From positions 246-64,245 of the forward strand of contig JADDQY010000078.1 of NCBI GenBank assembly GCA_016781135.1: 64,000 nucleotides of DNA. Reading direction: 5' to 3'. Position numbers and translations under genes: made by a program. The notes under the pieces are model-generated. The model made no database searches and had not been told where the DNA came from. It saw nothing but the letters and a program-made list of their open reading frames with translations. Of the stretch, positions 8,831-16,944 are shown piece after piece; position 1 is the stretch's first letter, and each line of letters starts with the position of its first letter. The DNA is from Actinomycetota bacterium. GTDB lineage: Bacteria; Actinomycetota; Acidimicrobiia; Acidimicrobiales; CADCSY01.

Positions 8831-10213
8831 CTAGCCGGTCGGTTGCTCCCCGGCTTGGTCGTCGCCGCCGGCGTCGCCCCCCGGGGCGGCGGCGTCTCCG
8901 TACTCGGCGTAGTACTCGGCCCAGGCCTGCTCGGCGTCGACCACCTCGGGCGCGCCCACGTAGTTGCCGGCCTCGTCGTAGGCGTGCTCCCCGAAGTGCT
9001 GCTGGTACTCGGCCGCCACCACGCCACCCTCGGCCGCCTGCTTGATCGACAGGCTGATGCGCCGGCGCTGGAGGTCGAGGTCGATGATCTTGACCCACAG
9101 CTCCTCGCCCGGGGTGACCACCTGCTCGGGGAGGTCAACGTGCTGCTCGCTCATCTCGGAGATGTGCACCAGGCCCTCGATGCCCTCCCCGACCTGGACG
9201 AAGGCTCCGAAGGGCACCAGCTTGGTGACCCGGCCGTAGACCAGCTCGCCGACGCGGTGGTTGCTGGCGAACTCCTGCCAGGGGTCCTGCTGCGTCGCCT
9301 TGAGCGAGAGGCTGATGCGCTCCTTGTCGAGATCGACGTCGAGCACTTGGACCTCGATCTCGTCGCCGACGGCCACGACCGAGCCGGGGTGGTCGACGTG
9401 CTTCCACGACAGCTCCGAGACGTGCACCAGGCCGTCCATGCCGCCGAGGTCGACGAAGGCGCCGAAGTTGACGACGGACGACACCGTCCCCTTGCGCACC
9501 TCGCCAGGCTTGAGGTGGGCGAGGAACTCCTCACGCTGCTCCTTCTGGGTCTCCTCCAGCCATGCCCGGCGAGACAGCACCACGTTGTTGCGGTTGCGGT
9601 CGAGCTCGATGATCTTGGCCTCGATGGTGCGCCCCACGTAGGGCTGGAGGTCGCGCACCCGGCGCAGCTCGACCAGCGAGGCGGGCAGGAACCCCCGCAG
9701 CCCGATGTCGAGGATGAGGCCGCCCTTGACCACCTCGATGACCGGGCCCCGGACCACCCCGTCGCGCTCTTTCACCCGTTCGATCTCGCCCCAGGCCCGC
9801 TCGTACTGCGCCCGCTTCTTCGACAGGACCAGCCGGCCCTCCTTGTCCTCCTTCTGGAGCACCAGGGCCTCGATGACCTCACCCACCGACACGATCTCCC
9901 CGGGGTCGATGTCGTTGCGGATGGACAGCTCTCGGGAGGGGATCACGCCCTCGGATTTGAAACCGATGTCGAGCAGCACCTCGTCCTTGTCGACCTTCAC
10001 CACGGTGCCGGTGACGATGTCGCCGTCCTCGAACTCGACGATGGTGCCGGCGATGGCGTCGTCGAAGGACATCTCGCCCAGGTCGTCGCTCACCACCTGC
10101 CGAGGGGTGTACTCACCGCTACCGGCGTCGAAGCTGCCTTCCCCGAGATTGGCGTCGGTGGCAGGCTCGAGGGTGGTGGTGGAGCCGGAGTCGGCGTTGG
10201 TCTGTTCGGACAT
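8831..10213 (-). CDS. rpsA: 30S ribosomal protein S1
   Basis: Four S1 repeats (e.g. GTVVKVDKDEVLLDIGFKSEGVIP and GTVSSVVNFGAFVDLGGMDGLVHVSELS). Confidence 0.97.
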   Translation of the reverse strand: MSEQTNADSGSTTTLEPATDANLGEGSFDAGSGEYTPRQVVSDDLGEMSFDDAIAGTIVEFEDGDIVTGTVVKVDKDEVLLDIGFKSEGVIPSRELSIRNDIDPGEIVSVGEVIEALVLQKEDKEGRLVLSKKRAQYERAWGEIERVKERDGVVRGPVIEVVKGGLILDIGLRGFLPASLVELRRVRDLQPYVGRTIEAKIIELDRNRNNVVLSRRAWLEETQKEQREEFLAHLKPGEVRKGTVSSVVNFGAFVDLGGMDGLVHVSELSWKHVDHPGSVVAVGDEIEVQVLDVDLDKERISLSLKATQQDPWQEFASNHRVGELVYGRVTKLVPFGAFVQVGEGIEGLVHISEMSEQHVDLPEQVVTPGEELWVKIIDLDLQRRRISLSIKQAAEGGVVAAEYQQHFGEHAYDEAGNYVGAPEVVDAEQAWAEYYAEYGDAAAPGGDAGGDDQAGEQPTG

Positions 10214-10286
10214 GTGAGTGGGCCTTTGTCGGTGGACGGGATGGGTAGCACCGACCTCGGCCGCTGCGGGGCACCAGGCCGGCGTT

Positions 10287-10308
10287 GGCCCGAGCGTACG
10301 CTCGGGCC
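10287..10308. promoter_or_regulatory. perfect 22-bp palindrome in the polA-rpsA spacer / rpsA leader
   Basis: GGCCCGAGCGTACGCTCGGGCC equals its own reverse complement. About 135 nt after the polA stop and about 75 nt before the rpsA start. No U-tract. Confidence 0.4.
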
Positions 10309-10443
10309 ACCCGCCAGCCTACCAAGGGGGAGGGCGAGCCCGTCTTCGGTCCGGCGTCTCCCCGATTGCCCTCTCCGGGCCGCCGGAGCTCGCTCATCGG
10401 GACGTTCGAGGGAGCCGCAGCGTGAGCGGGGTGAGGAGCCGGC

Positions 10444-13128
10444 TCACCCCTTGGCCTCGGCCCAGCTGGTGCCAACCGACAGGTTGACCTCGAGCGGGAC
10501 CGACAGTTCGCACGCTCCCGCCATGGTCTCGACCACCAGGCGGGCGACCTCGTCGTGCTCGTCGGGAGGGACCTCGAGGATGACCTCGTCGTGTACCTGG
10601 AGCACCAGGCGGCTGCGCAGGCCCCTGGTCTCGAGCCGGTGGTCGAGGGCGACCAGGGCGACTTTGAAGATGTCGGCGGCCAGGCCCTGGATGCCCGCGT
10701 TCATCGCTTGGCGCTCGCCCGCCTGGCGGATGCGGTAGTTGCTCGACGACAGCTCCGGGATCGGGCGGCGCCGGCCCATCAGCGTCTCGGTGTAGCCCCG
10801 CTGGCGGGCCTCGGCCACCGTGGCTTCCATGTAGGCCCGCACGTTGGGGAAGGCGGCGAAGTAGGCGTCGAGGATGGACTGGGCCTCGGGGACCGGGATG
10901 CTCAGTCGCTGAGCCAGGCCGAAGGACTCCATCCCGTAGGCCAGACCGTAGGAGACCATCTTCGCTCTCGCCCGCTGAGCCGGCGTCACCGCCTCGGGGC
11001 CGACGCCGAACACCCGAGCGGCGGTGGTGGTGTGGATGTCGCGCCCGGTCTCGAACGCCTCGATCAGGCCTGGGTCCTCGGCCAGGTGGGCGATCACCCG
11101 CAGCTCGATCTGGTTGTAGTCGGCCACGACCAGGGAACAGCCCGGGCCGGCGACGAAGGCCCGGCGGAAGCGGCGTCCCTCCTCGGTCCGCACCGGGATG
11201 TTGTGGAGGTTGGGGCGGTCGGAGCTCAGCCGTCCGGTGCGGGCCACCGTCTGGTGGAAGGTGGCGTGGATACGCCCGTCGGGGGCGACCTCGGCGATCA
11301 AGCCTTCCCCGTAGGTCGACCGGAGCTTCTCGACCTCGCGGTAGCGCAGCAGCAGCTCGATGATGGGGTGCTGGCCCCGCAGTTTCTCGAGCGACGCGGC
11401 ATCGGTGGAGTAGCCGGTCTTGGTCCGCTTGGTGGGAGCGAGGCCGAGCCGCTCGAACAGCACGGACCGCAGCTGTGGCGTCGAGTTGATCAGGAACGCC
11501 CCGCCGGCGGCGTCGTGGATCGACCGCTCGAGCGAGGCGACTTCGGCGGTGAGGCGCCCGTTGAGGTCGCGCAGGTACTCGACGTCGACGGCGACGCCGG
11601 TCTCCTCCATCCGGGCCAGCACCCGCACCAGCGGCCGCTCGACGGTGTCGTAGAGCTGGCGCAGTCCCTGGTCGGAGAGCGCTTGGCCGACGGCGGGGGC
11701 CAGCCGGGCCACGGCCACCGCCGACCGGCCGGCCTCGGTGGCCAGGTCGGCGCCATCGCCGTCGAGGTCGAGGCGTCCCTCCGCCGCCGGCGAGGCGGTC
11801 TCGTTCAGCGCCAGGCCGACATAGCGCTCCAACAGCTCGGCCAGGGCGTAGGTGGCATCGGCGGGGTCGAGCAGGTACCCGGCCACCTCGGTGTCGATGT
11901 CGAGGTTTCGGACCTCCACGCCCAGGCCGCTCAGCGCTCGCATCAGGGCCTTGGCCCCGTGAGTGACGAGCGGCGGCCCGTCCTCGCCCAAGAGCCGGGC
12001 CAGTGCCCGGCGAACCCCGTCGTTCGAGAGCAGCTCCTCGGGGACCCACGCCGCCTCGCCGGGGTCGACCTGGGTGACCACCGCCATCCCGTCGAGCGGT
12101 GAGCGCCCCGGCCCGCCCCGGTACACCCCGGCCAGGGCCAGCGAGGAGCCGGTCTCGGCCGCCCGCTCGAACAGCTCCACCACCTCGGCGGGCGACACCA
12201 GGGTGCGGGCCCCGCACTCGAGGGTGGCCACCTCCTCGGGGGCCACCAGCCCGGTGTGGGCGCCGGCTTCCGCCAGACGCTGGGCCAGGGTGCGGAACTC
12301 GAGGAAGTTGAACAGCTCGCGCACCGCCGCCGGGTCGAACGGCCGCCGGGCCAGATCGTCGGGGGCGACATCGAGAGGGATGTCGCGCAGCAGCACCATG
12401 ACCTTGGCGTTCTGGCGAACGCGGTCCTCGTGCTCGGCCAGGCTCTGGCGCAGCTTCGGGGTGAGGCCGTCGAGGTTGGCGAAGATGCCGTCGAGATCGC
12501 CGTGGGCGGCGACGAGCTTGGCCGCCGTCTTCTCCCCCACCCCCGGCACCCCGGGGAGGTTGTCGGACGGGTCACCCCGCAGCGCCGCGTACTCGGGGTA
12601 GGCCGCGGGCGGCACACCGGTGCGCTGGGCGATCCCGGCCTCATCGTACAGGACGTAGTCGGAGACGCCGCGGCGGTTGTAGAGCACCTTGACGAGCGGG
12701 TCCTCGACCAGCTGGTAGGTGTCGCGATCGCCGGTCACGATGATCACCTCGTCGTCCCGGTCCCGGGCCTGGGTGGCCAGGGTGGCGATGACGTCGTCGG
12801 CCTCGTAGCCGGCGGCCTCGACCATCGGGATCCTGAGCGTCTCGAGCACCCGGCGCACCAGTCCGAGCTGCTGGCGGAGGATGTCCGGTGCCTCCTCTCG
12901 CTGGGCCTTGTAGCTGGGGACGACCTCGTGGCGGAACGTGGGCTCGGGGCGGTCGAAGGCGACGGCCACGGCGTCGGGCTGGTGGTCGCGCAGGAGGTTG
13001 ATCAGCATCGAGGTGAACCCGAACACGGCGTTGGTCACCTGCCCCGAGGCGGTGGCCATGTCGGTCGGCAGGGCGAAGAAGGCTCGGTAGGTCAGCGAGT
13101 TGCCGTCGAGCAGGAGCAGCTTGGCCAC
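10444..13128 (-). CDS. polA: DNA polymerase I
   Basis: 894 aa. 5'-3' exonuclease N-terminus (LLLLDGNSLTYRAFFAL). Pol A motifs (DYNQIELRVIAHL, RRRAKMVSYGLAYG, LQVHDEVILE). Confidence 0.97.
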   Translation of the reverse strand: MAKLLLLDGNSLTYRAFFALPTDMATASGQVTNAVFGFTSMLINLLRDHQPDAVAVAFDRPEPTFRHEVVPSYKAQREEAPDILRQQLGLVRRVLETLRIPMVEAAGYEADDVIATLATQARDRDDEVIIVTGDRDTYQLVEDPLVKVLYNRRGVSDYVLYDEAGIAQRTGVPPAAYPEYAALRGDPSDNLPGVPGVGEKTAAKLVAAHGDLDGIFANLDGLTPKLRQSLAEHEDRVRQNAKVMVLLRDIPLDVAPDDLARRPFDPAAVRELFNFLEFRTLAQRLAEAGAHTGLVAPEEVATLECGARTLVSPAEVVELFERAAETGSSLALAGVYRGGPGRSPLDGMAVVTQVDPGEAAWVPEELLSNDGVRRALARLLGEDGPPLVTHGAKALMRALSGLGVEVRNLDIDTEVAGYLLDPADATYALAELLERYVGLALNETASPAAEGRLDLDGDGADLATEAGRSAVAVARLAPAVGQALSDQGLRQLYDTVERPLVRVLARMEETGVAVDVEYLRDLNGRLTAEVASLERSIHDAAGGAFLINSTPQLRSVLFERLGLAPTKRTKTGYSTDAASLEKLRGQHPIIELLLRYREVEKLRSTYGEGLIAEVAPDGRIHATFHQTVARTGRLSSDRPNLHNIPVRTEEGRRFRRAFVAGPGCSLVVADYNQIELRVIAHLAEDPGLIEAFETGRDIHTTTAARVFGVGPEAVTPAQRARAKMVSYGLAYGMESFGLAQRLSIPVPEAQSILDAYFAAFPNVRAYMEATVAEARQRGYTETLMGRRRPIPELSSSNYRIRQAGERQAMNAGIQGLAADIFKVALVALDHRLETRGLRSRLVLQVHDEVILEVPPDEHDEVARLVVETMAGACELSVPLEVNLSVGTSWAEAKG

Positions 13129-13147
13129 CGGGTCGATGGTACGGCGG

Positions 13148-13194
13148 CGGGTCCTGTCGCCGAGCGGGACCCAGCGGGTCCTGTCACCGGCGAG
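13148..13194. repeat. hairpin motif copy B (25-mer) plus adjacent partial copy
   Basis: 13148-13172 is identical to 4089-4113. 13174-13194 repeats GCGGGTCCTGTC then diverges. GGACCC (13167-13172) can pair with either flanking GGGTCC. Confidence 0.8.
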
Positions 13195-13305
13195 TCCTTC
13201 CCGGGGTGGCCCTGCCCCACCGGGCCCCTTCCGCCGGCGCCACCCGCTGACTCGGCCTCCCCAGCTCCTCGACGACGACTCCCTGATTGGTTGAGGCAGA
13301 GAAGG

Positions 13306-13881
13306 TCAGGGGGTGAGGTCGCCGTCGATCACGCGCTGCGCCGCCGCCTTCATGGTGGAGCGGGCGAGCATGGCTTGGCGCTGGATGAACGAGAAGGCGT
13401 TGCCATCGGACAGGCCGTGAGTGTCGGTGAGGATGCCTTTGGCCCGGTCGACCACCCGGCGGACCTCGAGCTGGTCCTCGAGGCCCCGGATCTCGGCCTC
13501 CATCGCTCGCATCTCCTTGAACCGCCCGAGCGCCACCTCCACCGCGGGCACCAGCTCGGAGCGCTGGAAGGGCTTGACCAGGTAGGCCAGGGCGCCGGCG
13601 TCGCGAGCACGCTCCACCAGCTCACGCTGGGAGAAGGCGGTGAGGATGAGCACCGCCGCCCGGCGCTCGCCGGAGATCTCCCGGGCAGCCGAAAGCCCGT
13701 CCAGGCCCGGCATCTTGATGTCCAGGATGGCGAGGTCGGGTTCGTGCTCCTTGACCAGGGCGACCGCCTCGTCGCCCCGCCCGGTCTCCGCCACCACCTC
13801 GTAACCCTCTTCCTCGAGCGTCTCGCGCAGGTCGAGGCGGATGATCGCCTCGTCTTCGGCGATCACGACGCGCACAGCCAT
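13306..13881 (-). CDS. pdtaR: ANTAR-domain response regulator (PdtaR-like)
   Basis: ATG 13881 follows GGAGGA. Receiver (VVIAEDEAIIRLDL, ILDIKMPGLDG), then ANTAR helices (RRVVDRAKGILTDTHGLSDGNAFSFIQRQAM). Confidence 0.88.
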   Translation of the reverse strand: MAVRVVIAEDEAIIRLDLRETLEEEGYEVVAETGRGDEAVALVKEHEPDLAILDIKMPGLDGLSAAREISGERRAAVLILTAFSQRELVERARDAGALAYLVKPFQRSELVPAVEVALGRFKEMRAMEAEIRGLEDQLEVRRVVDRAKGILTDTHGLSDGNAFSFIQRQAMLARSTMKAAAQRVIDGDLTP

Positions 13882-13912
13882 GTGTTCCTCCGTGTCTCGG
13901 CCGCCGACCGGC

Positions 13913-14206
13913 TCAGTCGATCTGGGCCACGAGGCGGTCGAGCAACTCGTCCTGAGAACGCTCGAGCTCCTCGATGCGCCGAACCAAGTCGGCACGATGG
14001 TGCTGCATGGCGTCGGCGTGGCGTTGCGCCTCTTGATGGTCGAGGCCGGCGAGGGGCGTCTCCGACACGAGCGCCCGGAGGCGGGCGTCGTCGGCGGCCT
14101 CCATCAGGGCCGCCAGCTGCTCGTCGGCCACCGCCAGCTCCTCGCGGAGCTCACGAAGGCGGTTGGTGGCTGAGGAAAGCTTCCTCTCGAGCAGGGACCG
14201 GCTCAC
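13913..14206 (-). CDS. hypothetical coiled-coil protein
   Basis: 97-aa ORF with high GC3 and heptad-like charged sequence (LRELREELAVADEQLAALMEAADD). Ends 32 nt upstream of the pdtaR start. Confidence 0.5.
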   Translation of the reverse strand: MSRSLLERKLSSATNRLRELREELAVADEQLAALMEAADDARLRALVSETPLAGLDHQEAQRHADAMQHHRADLVRRIEELERSQDELLDRLVAQID

Positions 14207-14253
14207 GACGCCGGAGTCTACGCGTTCGCCCGCGGCCGGCCCTGACCGTCACA

Positions 14254-14814
14254 ATGGTCGCGGTGCGACCGCCGCCGGCCCTCGCTGCCGTGGCCGCGAT
14301 GGTGCTGGGCGCCCTCGTCGTCGGCTGCGGCACCACCGCCGAGCGCGACGCCGGCGCGAACGACGACGCCGGCCCCGGGGCCGGCAGCTCCTTCTTGGAG
14401 GCGCGCTCGCCGTGCGCCCCCGAGGTCACCGAGGTGCTCGACGCCAGCTCCTCGCTCCATCTCCTCCCGGGCGCACCGGAGCCCAGCTACCTGAGCGACC
14501 CTCCGACCTCCGGTCCCCACCTCAGTGGCCCGGCGCCGTCTGGGGCCCGACGCACGCCGCTGGACCGGCCCACCCAGGTGCAGGTCCTCGAACAAGGGGG
14601 GGTGGTGATCCAGCATCGAGACCTCGACCCCGCCTCGGTGGCCGCCCTCGAGGCGCTCGCCGGTGAAAAGGTCCTCGTGGCCCCGAACCCGGCGTTGCCG
14701 GCGCCGGTCGTCGCCACCGCCTGGCTGGCCAAGCGCACCTGCCAGGGGCTCGACGTCGACGCCCTGCAGCGTTTCGTCGCCGACCACCGAGACCCCGATC
14801 CCCAGCACGGGTGA
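14254..14814 (+). CDS. DUF3105-like lipoprotein
   Basis: Signal peptide with lipobox LVVGC. PPTSGPH motif and the C-terminal region are typical of DUF3105 proteins. Confidence 0.7.
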   Translation: MVAVRPPPALAAVAAMVLGALVVGCGTTAERDAGANDDAGPGAGSSFLEARSPCAPEVTEVLDASSSLHLLPGAPEPSYLSDPPTSGPHLSGPAPSGARRTPLDRPTQVQVLEQGGVVIQHRDLDPASVAALEALAGEKVLVAPNPALPAPVVATAWLAKRTCQGLDVDALQRFVADHRDPDPQHG

Positions 14815-15029
14815 GGGCCCCGGCCCTGGCGGGGGTCGGCAGTTCGAGCGAGGGCCAAGGCGCCAGGGGTGGCTGCACGCAACCCCTCCACGCCGCCGGC
14901 CCCGCTCTCCGCCACCGCCCCGCCCTACTGCCTCTCGGGCCGACGCTACCGCAGGCCCTGGTCCCGTGCACCGGCGAGCCACCGGGTCACCGCGGTGGGG
15001 TGACCGACGCCGGAGGTAGCCTGCCGTGG

Positions 15030-15728
15030 GTGCTCGTCGAGCGGCTGACCCTGTGGCTCGCCCGGACCAATGCCTGGATCGTCGCTCCCAGCGGTCCCGG
15101 TGGCGATTGCGTCCTCGTCGATGCACCTCCCGAACCGACGTCGTTGCTCGATCGCCTGGCTGCCCTCGATCTTCGCCTCGTGGCCGTGCTGGCCACGCAC
15201 GGCCACGTCGACCACGTCGGAGGGATCAGCACCGTGGTCCGGAGCCACGACCCACGCCTACCCGTGCACATCCACGACCACGACCTGGCCATGCTGCTCG
15301 ACCCGCGCGGCACCGGGGGCGTCCTGGCCCAGCATCTCGGTGCCCTCGACGTCTCGCCCCCCGAGGTGGTGGCCGGCCTCGACGACGGCGAGCGGGTCTC
15401 GGGTGCCGGCCTGACCTTCACCGCCCTGCACACGCCTGGGCACACGCCCGGCTCGGTGTGCCTGCGCCTCGACGTCGAGGGCGAAGCGCCCCGGCTGTTC
15501 AGCGGTGACCACCTCTTCGCCCGATCCATCGGGCGCACCGACCTGCCCGGAGGGTCGTTCGAGCACCTGATGGCCTCGATGGTCGACAAGGTGCTGCCGC
15601 TGCCCGACGAGGTGGAGGTCCTTCCCGGCCACGGGCCGGTCACCACCATCGGCAGGGAACGGGCGACGAACCCGTTCCTGGCCGGTCTCCCCGGACCCAC
15701 CCGCACCAGCCCCGGCCTGCGGGCATGA
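15030..15728 (+). CDS. MBL-fold metallo-hydrolase
   Basis: ATHGHVDHVGG (HxHxDH), HTPGHTPGS, and LPGHGP motifs. The start is uncertain: GTG 15030 or GTG 15000. Confidence 0.85.
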   Translation: MLVERLTLWLARTNAWIVAPSGPGGDCVLVDAPPEPTSLLDRLAALDLRLVAVLATHGHVDHVGGISTVVRSHDPRLPVHIHDHDLAMLLDPRGTGGVLAQHLGALDVSPPEVVAGLDDGERVSGAGLTFTALHTPGHTPGSVCLRLDVEGEAPRLFSGDHLFARSIGRTDLPGGSFEHLMASMVDKVLPLPDEVEVLPGHGPVTTIGRERATNPFLAGLPGPTRTSPGLRA

Positions 15729-16690
15729 GCGAGCAGCTCGACGCACCACCGTCCGGGGGGCCACGACCGGCGACGGGGGCGGCGGGGCCAGCTCCGGCAG
15801 CCGGGCCTCCACCGCCGCCGTCGGTGCCCCCCGGCCCCGGCACACCGCCGCCCAGCCCGTCAGGGGCGTTGCCCTTCGACCCCGACTGGCCCGGCGCCGG
15901 GTCCCGCCCGGCGCCGGTGGCCCCGTCTCCCGCGCCCAGCGCCCGCCATCGGGCAGCGCGCGCTCGAGCGCTCATCCTGGCCCTGTCGCTGGCCGTGGTG
16001 GCGCTGGCGGTCGGGGGCTGGTCGCTCCAGCGCAGCGACCGGGCCCTGCGGCGAGCCGACCAGCTGGAAGCCGAGCTGCGCACCGCCGAGCAGGAGGCTG
16101 CCATGCTGGCCGAACGGGTCGCGGCGCTGGAGGACCAGCGCCCTCCCGATCCGGCCGACGTCGCCGAGCAGGCCCGGGCGTCGGTGTTCACCATCGTCGG
16201 CGCCATCGGCCGGGGCTCGGCATGGGTCGTGGGCACCGAGGAGGGGCGCTCCCGTCTGGTGACCAACTTCCACGTCATCGGCGCAGGGCGCGGACCCGGC
16301 ACCAGGGTGGAGGTGGTGCGCGAGGAGCAGCGCCTCGACGGCGAGGTGGTGGTGGTCGACGAACAGCGCGACCTCGCCGTGGTCGCCGTGGCCCACGAGC
16401 TGCAACCGCTCCCCATCGCCGAGGTCGAAGCCCGGGTGGGAGATCCGGTGATCGTCATCGGTTCACCGCTCGGCCTCGAGCAGTCGGTGGTCACGGGCGT
16501 CGTCTCGGCGTTCCGGCCGAGCCACCTCCAGATCTCCGCACCGCTCAACCCCGGCAACAGCGGCGGTCCGGTCATCGACGCCGGAGGCCGGGTCCTCGGC
16601 GTCGCCGTGCTCAAGGTCGGCGACGAGGCCACCGAGGCCATCGGCCTGGCCATCCCCGTCGCCGAGGTGTGCGCCGTCACCAGCTGTTGA
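15725..16690 (+). CDS. membrane-anchored S1C (trypsin-like) serine protease, no PDZ domain
   Basis: ATGA overlap with the MBL gene. Pro-rich N-terminus, one TM, a coiled coil, then a protease core with NFHVIG, DLAVVAV and GNSGGPV. Confidence 0.85.
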   Translation: MSEQLDAPPSGGPRPATGAAGPAPAAGPPPPPSVPPGPGTPPPSPSGALPFDPDWPGAGSRPAPVAPSPAPSARHRAARARALILALSLAVVALAVGGWSLQRSDRALRRADQLEAELRTAEQEAAMLAERVAALEDQRPPDPADVAEQARASVFTIVGAIGRGSAWVVGTEEGRSRLVTNFHVIGAGRGPGTRVEVVREEQRLDGEVVVVDEQRDLAVVAVAHELQPLPIAEVEARVGDPVIVIGSPLGLEQSVVTGVVSAFRPSHLQISAPLNPGNSGGPVIDAGGRVLGVAVLKVGDEATEAIGLAIPVAEVCAVTSC

Positions 16691-16693
16691 GGC

Positions 16694-16713
16694 TTCCGGC
16701 TACGAAGCCGGGG
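16694..16713 (+). terminator. candidate hairpin after the protease gene
   Basis: CCGGCT/AGCCGG stem with loop ACGA, extendable by two G-U pairs, 4 nt after the stop. No strong U-tract. Confidence 0.3.
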
Positions 16714-16750
16714 TTGGGCGACCACTCGGGCACCCGCGGGGTCGGGCTGG

Positions 16751-16836
16751 TGGTGCCCGGGGCGGGATTCGAACCCGCACGCCCTTTCGGACAGTGGCTT
16801 TTGAGGCCACCATGTCTGCCATTCCATCACCCGGGC
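16751..16836 (-). tRNA. tRNA-Leu (anticodon CAA), CCA encoded
   Basis: The reverse strand GCCCGGGTGATGGAATGGCAGACATGGTGGCCTCAAAAGCCACTGTCCGAAAGGGCGTGCGGGTTCGAATCCCGCCCCGGGCACCA folds as a class II tRNA. It has a 7-bp acceptor, anticodon loop CTCAAAA, a long variable arm, and T-loop TTCGAAT. Confidence 0.93.
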
Positions 16837-16944
16837 GGCGCCACTCACGCTACCGTCGAGCGACCCGGGGGCTTGGCGGCCAGGCGTGAGGCCCTTGGGT
16901 GAACGGGAAGAAAAGCCCAGTCAGTGGGAAAGTGAAACCTTCCG

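Noticed and set aside
8843-10738. Very long ORFs antisense to or out of frame with real genes (for example 8843-10738 opposite rpsA, 5825-7228 opposite the kinase, 10394-12217 within polA, 16921-18147 opposite fabD, 20308-22176, 22480-24519)
   Set aside because: These are typical stop-poor shadow frames of a roughly 70% GC genome. Their products are Arg/Gly/Pro-rich with no motifs, while the opposite or alternate frame encodes clearly recognisable proteins.
13143-13195. Canonical ANTAR dual-hexaloop RNA target next to the pdtaR-like gene
   Set aside because: The hairpins do not have the expected 6-nt loops with A at position 1 and G at position 4 on the sense (minus) strand. The stems are also weaker on that strand. 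I kept it only as a generic alternative-hairpin observation.
16691-16944. tRNA-Leu as an integration site for a genomic island
   Set aside because: No integrase, recombinase or phage genes flank it. I saw no direct repeat of the tRNA 3' end elsewhere in the window. The neighbours are housekeeping genes (protease, fabD).
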